The position numbers and the translations under genes were made by a program. From positions 25,158-89,157 of the forward strand of contig NZ_JBLXIB010000012.1 in the NCBI RefSeq assembly GCF_048269745.1: DNA of 64,000 nucleotides, read 5' to 3'. The notes beneath the pieces are model-generated. The model ran no database searches, was not told the origin of the DNA, and was given only the letters and a program-made list of their open reading frames with translations. The first letter of the stretch is position 1; every line of letters begins with the position of its first letter. The stretch is from Zunongwangia sp. GTDB lineage: Bacteria > Bacteroidota > Bacteroidia > Flavobacteriales > Flavobacteriaceae. Positions 1 through 7,811 of the stretch are shown one piece after another.

Positions 1-1
1 A

Positions 2-3000
2 TTTACTTCTGATAATGTTGATACTCAAATAAAAGGGGAGGTTTCTAAACTTCAATACAATAAATACACCTATAAAAATATTAGAGTGCTAGGTAATTTA
101 AGAGCACCGGTTTTTAATGGTAATTTAATTATTAACGATCCTAACCTGAGGATGGAATTTAATGGTTTAGTAGAGCTTTCTGAAAATAATAACACCTACG
201 ATTTTGAAGCTTCTATAGCAAACTCTGATTTACATAAATTAAATTTCATAAAACGTGATACAATATCGGTATTTAAAGGTGATATAATTATGAATATGAA
301 GGCCCAATCCTTAGATGATGCGGTAGGGCAAGTATTGCTATTAAATACATCATATCAAAATCAAAAAGGACTTTATTATTTTGATGATTTTAAAATTGCT
401 TCTAGTTTCATAAATAAAGTGAGGACAATTAGTATTAACAGTCCCGACGTAATTAGTGGAGAGATGAAGGGAGTCTATAATTTGTCTGAAATTCCTGCTT
501 TATTTAAAAATTCTTTTGGTAGTATTTATACTAATTACAAACCTAGCGTTATTACGAACAATCAGTACATGGAATTTGATTTCGACATATATAATAAGAT
601 TGTCGAGGTTTTTTATCCTGATTTAAAATTGGCACCTAATACATTTATAAAAGGTCGAGTAGAATCTGATGAGTCAGAATTCAAATTAAGTTTTAAATCT
701 CCTGAGATTAATTTGTTCAACAATATGTTTCAGGGAGTAAATTTACAAGTAGATAATACCAACCCTATTTACAACACTTACTTTGAAGCAGATAGTGTAG
801 CAACTTCAGTTTATAATTTTTCAGAATTCAGTTTTATAAATGTAACGCAACGAGACACTTTATATATTCGTTCAGAATTTCAAGGAGGAAAAAGAAATAA
901 AGATGTATTCAATTTAAATCTTTTTCATACAATAAATAAGAAAAACCAATCTGTCGTTGGTATTCAACGAAGCGATTTAACATTTAAAGATAATACATGG
1001 TTTTTTAATGAAAACCGGAATAAGAATAACAAAATCATTTTTGAAAATGATATGCGTAGTATTACTATAGATTCTTTGGTGATGAACCATGATAATGAGG
1101 AAATTCTATTGAACGGAAAACTACGAGACTCCACATATAAAAATTTACAAATGTCTTTCAATCAGGTAGATTTAAATAAAATTTCTCCTGAAATAGATAG
1201 TTTGCAAATGGGGGGAGTAATAAATGGAAAACTAGATGTTTTACAGAAAAACGGAGCGTATTATCCGAATTCATCTTTAAAAATAGATTCTTTAAATATC
1301 AATTCTATCCTTTTAGGTGATATGAATTTGAATGTTAGCGGAAATAGAAATTTAACGGAATATTCTATAGATGCTGAATTGAAAAAAGATGATGAAATAT
1401 CGCTTTCTGCTGAGGGAAATATTCTTACTAATAAAAATGCAGAATCTTCTATAGATTTAGCTGTGAATTTGCAGGAATTCAATTTAAAAGCTTTTAGTCC
1501 ACTGGGTGGAGATGTAATTAGTAATATTAGAGGTTTTGTTTCTGGAGATGCAAAGCTTACAGGGAATTATAAAAATCCTGATTTTTCAGGAAGCTTAAAA
1601 CTCGATAAAGCAGGTTTAAAAATTCCGTATTTAAATGTTGATGTTAATTTTGAGAAACAATCTACCATAGAGTTAACAAAACAAAAATTTGTTTTCAATG
1701 ATATAACTTTAACAGATTCTAAATATAAAACAACAGGAATTTTAAATGGTTATATCTCTCACCAAAATTTTAGAAAATGGTATTTAGATTTAGGTATAGA
1801 TACCAATAGATTATTAGTTTTAAATACTGAAGCAAAAGAAGATGCACTATATTACGGAACAGCTTTTATAAGTGGAGATGCTTCAATAAAAGGCCCTACA
1901 GACCAATTAGCTATAGAAGTAAATGCCACAACAGAAAAAGGGACTATTTTTAAAATTCCATTAAATGATGAAGAAGCTGTAGGCGATAATTCGTATATAC
2001 ATTTTTTAACTCCTGAGGAAAAAGCAGCCCGAAAGGCAGGTGAAAATATTAAAATACCTGAAGTAAAAGGAATTGAGATGTTGTTTGATCTAGACATTAC
2101 TAAAGATGCCGAAGTAGAAGTGGTAATCGATCAAACTAGCGGAAGTACTTTAAAAGGAAGTGGTGCCGGAAACTTATTGTTAGAAATTAATACTAATGGC
2201 AAGTTTAATATGTGGGGGGATTTCGTGGTGTATGAAGGAGTTTATAATTTTAAATATGCAGGTTTAGTACAAAAAGTATTTAAAGTAAAATCTGGAGGAA
2301 GTATAAACTGGGATGGAAATCCGCTACGAGCACAAATTGATGTAAGCGCTATCTATTCTTTAGATGCAAACCCAGCAGTATTATTAGAAAATCCATCTGT
2401 AAACCGTAAAATACCTGTAGAGGTTGTTATTAATTTACAAGGACAAGTAATTCAGCCTGAAATAGATTTTGACATTGACTTTCCAACAGCGAGTTCTGTT
2501 GTTAGATCAGAGTTAAAATATAGGATGGACGATCGAGCAAGTAGAGAGCTTCAAGCCTTATTTTTAGTTACACAAAATGCATTTTATAGTGAATTTGGCC
2601 TACGACAAACAGCTATAACTGGAACGTTAGCAGAACGTGCTTCTAGTATTGTAAATGATATTTTTGCTGACGATGATGGTAAATTTCAAGTTGGGGTTAA
2701 TTATGTTCAAGGAGATCGTACACCAAATCAGCAAACAGTAGATCGATTTGGACTTACTTTAAGCACACAAATAAGTGAACGTGTTCTTATAAATGGACAA
2801 GTGGGTGTTCCTATTGGTGGGACAACAGAATCGGTCATTGTAGGCGATTTAGAAATAGATTTTCTATTGAATGAAGATGGTTCCTTAAGAGCTACTATTT
2901 TCAATAGAGAAAATAATATACAATTTATTGGAGAAGAAATAGGGTTTACACAAGGAGTAGGGCTATCGTATTCGGTAGATTTTGATACGTTTAAGGAATT

Positions 3001-3121
3001 ACTTCGTAAAATTACAGATAAGGAAATTTCCAATCAAAATAAAAAGCTGAAAAAGAAGAAAAACAATACTGAAAAATCAGTAGCTCCAGAATATATTAAT
3101 TTCCCTGACAAAGCCGAATAA
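2..3121 (+). CDS. Translocation/assembly module TamB-like protein (DUF490 C-terminal region). It is 5'-truncated: the reading frame stays open to the window edge upstream of the GTG at 86.
   Basis: 1011-aa ORF with no in-frame stop back to position 2. Long beta-rich N/S/T/G-rich repeats and a conserved C-terminal segment are typical of TamB/DUF490. A K/E-rich tail follows. Confidence 0.55.
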   Translation, partial: FTSDNVDTQIKGEVSKLQYNKYTYKNIRVLGNLRAPVFNGNLIINDPNLRMEFNGLVELSENNNTYDFEASIANSDLHKLNFIKRDTISVFKGDIIMNMKAQSLDDAVGQVLLLNTSYQNQKGLYYFDDFKIASSFINKVRTISINSPDVISGEMKGVYNLSEIPALFKNSFGSIYTNYKPSVITNNQYMEFDFDIYNKIVEVFYPDLKLAPNTFIKGRVESDESEFKLSFKSPEINLFNNMFQGVNLQVDNTNPIYNTYFEADSVATSVYNFSEFSFINVTQRDTLYIRSEFQGGKRNKDVFNLNLFHTINKKNQSVVGIQRSDLTFKDNTWFFNENRNKNNKIIFENDMRSITIDSLVMNHDNEEILLNGKLRDSTYKNLQMSFNQVDLNKISPEIDSLQMGGVINGKLDVLQKNGAYYPNSSLKIDSLNINSILLGDMNLNVSGNRNLTEYSIDAELKKDDEISLSAEGNILTNKNAESSIDLAVNLQEFNLKAFSPLGGDVISNIRGFVSGDAKLTGNYKNPDFSGSLKLDKAGLKIPYLNVDVNFEKQSTIELTKQKFVFNDITLTDSKYKTTGILNGYISHQNFRKWYLDLGIDTNRLLVLNTEAKEDALYYGTAFISGDASIKGPTDQLAIEVNATTEKGTIFKIPLNDEEAVGDNSYIHFLTPEEKAARKAGENIKIPEVKGIEMLFDLDITKDAEVEVVIDQTSGSTLKGSGAGNLLLEINTNGKFNMWGDFVVYEGVYNFKYAGLVQKVFKVKSGGSINWDGNPLRAQIDVSAIYSLDANPAVLLENPSVNRKIPVEVVINLQGQVIQPEIDFDIDFPTASSVVRSELKYRMDDRASRELQALFLVTQNAFYSEFGLRQTAITGTLAERASSIVNDIFADDDGKFQVGVNYVQGDRTPNQQTVDRFGLTLSTQISERVLINGQVGVPIGGTTESVIVGDLEIDFLLNEDGSLRATIFNRENNIQFIGEEIGFTQGVGLSYSVDFDTFKELLRKITDKEISNQNKKLKKKKNNTEKSVAPEYINFPDKAE

Positions 3122-3226
3122 ATAAAGGAATTCTTTTTTGTTTACTCACACTAATTTAATGTAGAAAATCTTAAAAAATTAGCATTATACTTCGTAAATT
3201 TATAGCAGAATTAAACAGAGATTTCT

Positions 3227-4213
3227 ATGAGTAAAAAAATAAAAAGAATAGGGGTAATGACTTCTGGAGGAGATGCTCCAGGTATGAATGCGGCTATTAG
3301 AGCCGTAGTAAGAGCTTGTGCTTATTATCAAGTAGAGTGTGTAGGTTTTTACAGCGGCTATTCAGGAATGATCGAAGGTAAATATGAAGAGTTGAACGCC
3401 CGTAGTGTACGTAATATTATAAATAGGGGAGGTACTTTTTTAAGAAGTGCACGATCTGCAGAATTTAAAACTAAAGAAGGAAGAGCTAAAGCCGCTGCAC
3501 AGCTTGAAAAAGCTAAGATAGATGCAATGGTTTTAATTGGAGGAGATGGGACTTTTAGAGGAGGTCAACTCTTTTGTAACGAGCATAATATTCCAGTAAT
3601 TGGTGTTCCGGGAACTATAGATAACGATATTTTTGGTACTTCATATACAATTGGCTATGATACTGCTTTAAATACTGTTTTAAGTGCAGTAGATAAAATT
3701 AGAGATACAGCTAGTTCACACGATAGATTATTTTTTATTGAAGTAATGGGACGTGATGCTGGATTTATAGCTTTAAATACAGGAATTGGAGCTGGAGCAG
3801 AAGAAATATTAATACCAGAAGAAGATTTAGGTATCGATAGACTATTAAATTCTTTGGAAAAAAGTCGTCGTTCTGGAAAAACTTCAAGTATTGTTATTGT
3901 ATCTGAAGGAGATAAAACCGGAAAAAATGTTTTTGAATTAGCCGATTATGTTAAAAAGAATTTACCATATTATGATTCTAAAGTTACTGTTCTAGGACAT
4001 ATTCAGCGTGGTGGTAGTCCAACTTGTTTCGACAGGGTATTAGCTAGTCGATTATCGGTTAAAGCAGTAGAATTATTGCTAGATAATAAAAAGAACTTAA
4101 TGGTTGGTATAAAAAACGAAGAAATTGTAACTTGTCCTTTGGATGATGTAATTAAAGGGAAACCAAGTATTAATAAGGATTTAATTAGAATTTCAGAGAT
4201 TTTATCTATTTAA
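3227..4213 (+). CDS. pfkA: ATP-dependent 6-phosphofructokinase
   Basis: The N-terminus RIGVMTSGGDAPGMNAAIRAVVR plus the GGDGT and MGR motifs are the canonical PfkA family signature. 328 aa. Confidence 0.93.
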   Translation: MSKKIKRIGVMTSGGDAPGMNAAIRAVVRACAYYQVECVGFYSGYSGMIEGKYEELNARSVRNIINRGGTFLRSARSAEFKTKEGRAKAAAQLEKAKIDAMVLIGGDGTFRGGQLFCNEHNIPVIGVPGTIDNDIFGTSYTIGYDTALNTVLSAVDKIRDTASSHDRLFFIEVMGRDAGFIALNTGIGAGAEEILIPEEDLGIDRLLNSLEKSRRSGKTSSIVIVSEGDKTGKNVFELADYVKKNLPYYDSKVTVLGHIQRGGSPTCFDRVLASRLSVKAVELLLDNKKNLMVGIKNEEIVTCPLDDVIKGKPSINKDLIRISEILSI

Positions 4214-4216
4214 GAT

Positions 4217-4582
4217 ATGAGAACAGTCGCGATAATAGCACATAACGGGAAAAAAGCAGAAATGGTTCAGTTTTTAAACGAAAATAGAACTATTTTAGAA
4301 TCAAAAGATATTAGTCTAATTGCAACAGGTACTACAGGTTCCAAAGCAGAAATTGCTGGTTTTGAAGTAGAAAAATTACTTTCTGGTCCTCTAGGAGGAG
4401 ATGCGCAAATAGCAAGTAGGATAGCCGAGCATAAAGTAGATATGGTTATTTTCTTTAGAGACCCTATGGATAAGCACCCGCACGAACCTGATATTTTCAT
4501 GCTTATGCGTTTATGCGATGTACACAATATACCTTTGGCAACTAACCCGGCAAGTGCTAAATTATTAGTAGAAGCCTTATAA
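4217..4582 (+). CDS. mgsA: Methylglyoxal synthase
   Basis: 121 aa. IAHNGKK..LIATGTTG..LSGPLGGDAQI..VIFFRDP..HEPD aligns motif-for-motif with E. coli MgsA. It starts 4 bp after the pfkA stop. Confidence 0.88.
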   Translation: MRTVAIIAHNGKKAEMVQFLNENRTILESKDISLIATGTTGSKAEIAGFEVEKLLSGPLGGDAQIASRIAEHKVDMVIFFRDPMDKHPHEPDIFMLMRLCDVHNIPLATNPASAKLLVEAL

Positions 4583-4635
4583 TAGAATCATAAAATATGG
4601 AAGAGAAAAAAATAGATACTAAGAATAAATAATGC

Positions 4636-5280
4636 ATGAAATATATACAGGCTTTAATTGTTAGTTTATTTTTTTCTTTTTCCCTTTTTTCTCAAAATAA
4701 CGAACCTTCAGTTTCATGTGAGAGGAAATTCTATAAGATAGGTTTTAATTTTGGTTTTGGAAGTGTAGATAATCCAGTATTTCACGACGACGATTATTTC
4801 TACGAAGTACAGTTTCGAAAATTTCAATTATATTATAAATTAAAATCAGGTAAATTTGTCGATTTTCAATTACTTTTTCAACCTGAATTTAATACAGCAA
4901 AGCATCAATTAACTAGTGATAGGTACATTGTGGCAAAAGATCATCCTTTATACGAAAGGAGAGAGGAAATGAAGAAATTTAAAAAATTCCACGAATATAT
5001 ATTTAATTTCGGCTTTCAGGTTAGTAAGAATTTCTCTAATAATGAAGTTTACCTTCTTGCTAGCATTGGTCCTGGTTACTTTGAAAAAACTACAGAAAGA
5101 ATGTCTAAGGGAATTGGGTTTTCAGATAATCTAGCAATTGGTTATAGTCGGAAAATTCAAAAATATTATATCGATACTCGGCTAGGCTATCGTCATGCAT
5201 CTAATGCTGAAATAAATGAAGTAAACGATGGTTACGACATGCTTGTTATAGATTTAGGTATTGGTTTTTATTTTAATTAA
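4636..5280 (+). CDS. Outer-membrane acyloxyacyl hydrolase / PagL-like lipid A 3-O-deacylase family protein
   Basis: Signal peptide, about 190 aa of amphipathic beta-strands ending in aromatic residues, and a GYRHASNAE motif that matches the His-x-Ser-Asn catalytic motif of PagL-type lipid A deacylases. Confidence 0.5.
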   Translation: MKYIQALIVSLFFSFSLFSQNNEPSVSCERKFYKIGFNFGFGSVDNPVFHDDDYFYEVQFRKFQLYYKLKSGKFVDFQLLFQPEFNTAKHQLTSDRYIVAKDHPLYERREEMKKFKKFHEYIFNFGFQVSKNFSNNEVYLLASIGPGYFEKTTERMSKGIGFSDNLAIGYSRKIQKYYIDTRLGYRHASNAEINEVNDGYDMLVIDLGIGFYFN

Positions 5281-5287
5281 AGTTTTT

Positions 5288-6172
5288 TTAAAAAGTTCCA
5301 ACAACACCAATAGTACCAACTCCCATTTTTAAACGCCAACTAATATTCGTTTCCTTACGCAAAGCCGGGTTGTTTTTTAAGAGGGTTTGTTTATCTAAAT
5401 ATTTATCTACTGAATCTACTACGGCTATTGTTAGTGCCATACTTAAAGCAACATCTGTTAGCCAGTGTGCTCCATGCCAAAGGCGTGATACAGGAGATAC
5501 TAATCCTCCTAAATACAAACCAGCTTTAACCCATGGATTTTCAAATTGTTTACTAAGTGCGTAAAATGTGGTAAATGATAAAATGGTATGACCAGAAGGG
5601 AAAGAATGATAGGTTCCTTCTTTTGAAAAAGGTTTAAAAGATAACTTGTCTCTACCATCACCAGGGCGCGCTCTTCCCGCTATATTTTTAGAAATAGTTT
5701 GTATTAATCCTGCCGCACTAGCTGCAGAAATCATTAAAATACCAGTTCGTCTAATTTTTGGATTTTTAGTGAGTAACCCTGTTAAATAGATGGCGCCAGT
5801 AACTCCGTAATTATTTTGAGGGCTTCCAAAGTACCAACCAAATTCTTTAATTACACCAGGTACATCATCTTCTTGTTTTTTAAAGAAACGATGTGTTTCT
5901 TGGTCAAACATATTTAAACCTACGGTACCAATTAAAACTCCCGCAAAAAGCCCAATATCATCTTCTTGCCATTTAAAGGGACGACTATAAGAATATTTCA
6001 GCCCTCCATACATTAAAGAAGCATCAATCTTTAACGTTTCCCAAGTAGAAGCATCAGGGTTGTCAAAATAAGAATTAAACTCAGGATTCCCTCTCTGAGC
6101 ATATGTATTAGTAGAAAATTGAAAAACTAAAATTAGAAAAAACAATTTTTTGATCATAAGCTTTAAATCCAT
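5288..6172 (-). CDS. PAP2 (phosphatidic acid phosphatase type 2) family phosphatase, possibly a lipid A/undecaprenyl phosphate phosphatase
   Basis: Signal peptide. PAP2 motifs KxxxxxxRP (KNIAGRARP), PSGH and SRLWHGAHWLTD are present. Confidence 0.75.
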   Translation of the reverse strand: MDLKLMIKKLFFLILVFQFSTNTYAQRGNPEFNSYFDNPDASTWETLKIDASLMYGGLKYSYSRPFKWQEDDIGLFAGVLIGTVGLNMFDQETHRFFKKQEDDVPGVIKEFGWYFGSPQNNYGVTGAIYLTGLLTKNPKIRRTGILMISAASAAGLIQTISKNIAGRARPGDGRDKLSFKPFSKEGTYHSFPSGHTILSFTTFYALSKQFENPWVKAGLYLGGLVSPVSRLWHGAHWLTDVALSMALTIAVVDSVDKYLDKQTLLKNNPALRKETNISWRLKMGVGTIGVVGTF

Positions 6173-6357
6173 TTTTTCTGCAAAAGAAAAATTTATTTGT
6201 TAATTGGAGTGCAATATTAACACATAATTTACATTAACAGGTAAAGATTCTAGTTCAATTTTCGATTAGTTGTGTTGGATTGGTTTAATAGGTAGATGTA
6301 AACTGAAATTTCTTATTACCTATTAAAATTTCGTAAATTGTATTCAAATTTAATCAT

Positions 6358-7350
6358 ATGGGAATATACAATGCTAAATCTGATAGATATTCTAAAATGA
6401 AATATAAACGCTGTGGAAAAAGTGGAATTAAACTGCCTATGATTTCTTTGGGATTATGGCATAACTTTGGAGATAATAGCAATTTTGAGAATTCTAGAGC
6501 ACTTCTGAGAACCGCTTTTGATAACGGAATTACTCATTTTGATTTGGCTAATAATTATGGACCACCATATGGCGCAGCTGAAAGAAATTTTGGGAAAATT
6601 TATATAGAAGATTTTAAAAAATACCGTGATGAATTAATAATTTCATCTAAAGCAGGTTACGATATGTGGCCAGGTCCTTACGGCGATCATGGTTCAAGAA
6701 AATATCTTATTTCTAGTATAAATCGGTCATTGGAAAGGATGAATTTAGAGTATGTAGATATTTTTTATCATCATCGTCCAGATTTTGAAACACCGTTGGA
6801 AGAAACAATGGGAGCTCTCGATCAGATTGTAAGAAGTGGAAAAGCTTTATACGTAGGAATTTCTAATTATCCTGCAGATAGAACTGCCGAAGCAGCTAAA
6901 ATTTTAAAGGAATTAAGGACACCATTCTTAATCCATCAACCACGTTATAATATGATGGATCGCTGGGTGGAAAATGGATTGTTAGATACTTTGGAAGAAG
7001 TCGGAATAGGTAGTATTGTATTTTCTCCTTTGCAGCAGGGTATACTTACTAATAAATATTTAAATGGTATACCTAAAGATTCTAGGGCAGCGACAGAAGG
7101 TACTTATCTTAAAAAAGAAACAATTACTCCCGAAATTATTAAGCAAGTTCAGCAATTAAATATGTTAGCAGAGGAAAGAAATCAGACTTTGGCTCAAATG
7201 GCAATCGCATGGCTGTTAAAAGATAGTAGAGTGACTTCTGTATTAGTGGGGGTTAGCAAAATACAGCAATTAAAAGATAATATTTCAGCTTTAAACAAGT
7301 TAGAATTTTCTTCTGAAGAATTAGAAGCAATTGAAAATATACTTCACTAG
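6358..7350 (+). CDS. Aldo/keto reductase (YghZ/L-glyceraldehyde-3-phosphate reductase-like)
   Basis: 330 aa. It has the AKR (alpha/beta)8 signature (LWHNFGD, ITHFDLANNYGPP, YHHRPD) and resembles E. coli YghZ/Tas. Confidence 0.8.
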   Translation: MGIYNAKSDRYSKMKYKRCGKSGIKLPMISLGLWHNFGDNSNFENSRALLRTAFDNGITHFDLANNYGPPYGAAERNFGKIYIEDFKKYRDELIISSKAGYDMWPGPYGDHGSRKYLISSINRSLERMNLEYVDIFYHHRPDFETPLEETMGALDQIVRSGKALYVGISNYPADRTAEAAKILKELRTPFLIHQPRYNMMDRWVENGLLDTLEEVGIGSIVFSPLQQGILTNKYLNGIPKDSRAATEGTYLKKETITPEIIKQVQQLNMLAEERNQTLAQMAIAWLLKDSRVTSVLVGVSKIQQLKDNISALNKLEFSSEELEAIENILH

Positions 7351-7358
7351 AAATACTA

Positions 7359-7393
7359 AAAAAGCCTCAGATAATAATTTCTGAGGCTTTTTT
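7359..7393. terminator. Bidirectional rho-independent terminator between convergent genes
   Basis: aaaaagcctcag / ctgaggcttttt forms a perfect 12-bp stem around a 10-nt AT-rich loop, flanked by A and T runs. It lies between the AKR (+) and ridA (-) 3' ends. Confidence 0.7.
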
Positions 7394-7411
7394 ATACAAT
7401 TGTTATTCGTT

Positions 7412-7795
7412 TTAGCTGATAATAGCGATAGCGCTTATTTCAACATTTACAAATTTTGGTAAATTAGCAACTTCAACTGTTTCACGAGCAGGAGCAGTAT
7501 CGGTATTAAAATAAGTTCCGTAGATATCATTAATTTTTGCAAAATTATTCATATCGCTAATAAAAATAGATGTTTTAATTACATCTTCCCAATTGCAACT
7601 AGCTTCTTTTAAAATAGCTTCTAAATTTTGCATTACTTGATGAGTTTCGGTATCTAAATCTTTATTGTTTAACTCACCTGTTTCAACATTAAGCGCAATT
7701 TGTCCAGAAATAAATAGCATATTGCCAGTTTGTATAGCTTGGTTATAAGGACCTATTGGAGCCGGAGCATTTTCAGTTTTTATAATCTTTTTCAT
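7412..7795 (-). CDS. ridA: RidA family reactive-intermediate deaminase (YjgF/TdcF)
   Basis: 127 aa. N-terminus ENAPAPIGPYNQAI...FISGQI and the overall length match the RidA/YjgF family. Confidence 0.85.
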   Translation of the reverse strand: MKKIIKTENAPAPIGPYNQAIQTGNMLFISGQIALNVETGELNNKDLDTETHQVMQNLEAILKEASCNWEDVIKTSIFISDMNNFAKINDIYGTYFNTDTAPARETVEVANLPKFVNVEISAIAIIS

Positions 7796-7811
7796 AATTT
7801 ATGACTTTAAA

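Noticed and set aside
964-3033. Minus-strand ORFs (964..1161, 1261..1482, 1852..2097, 2728..3033) within the TamB gene.
   Set aside because: They are antisense to a continuous 1011-aa conserved ORF. They appear by chance because of low GC content, which makes stop codons rare in some antisense frames.
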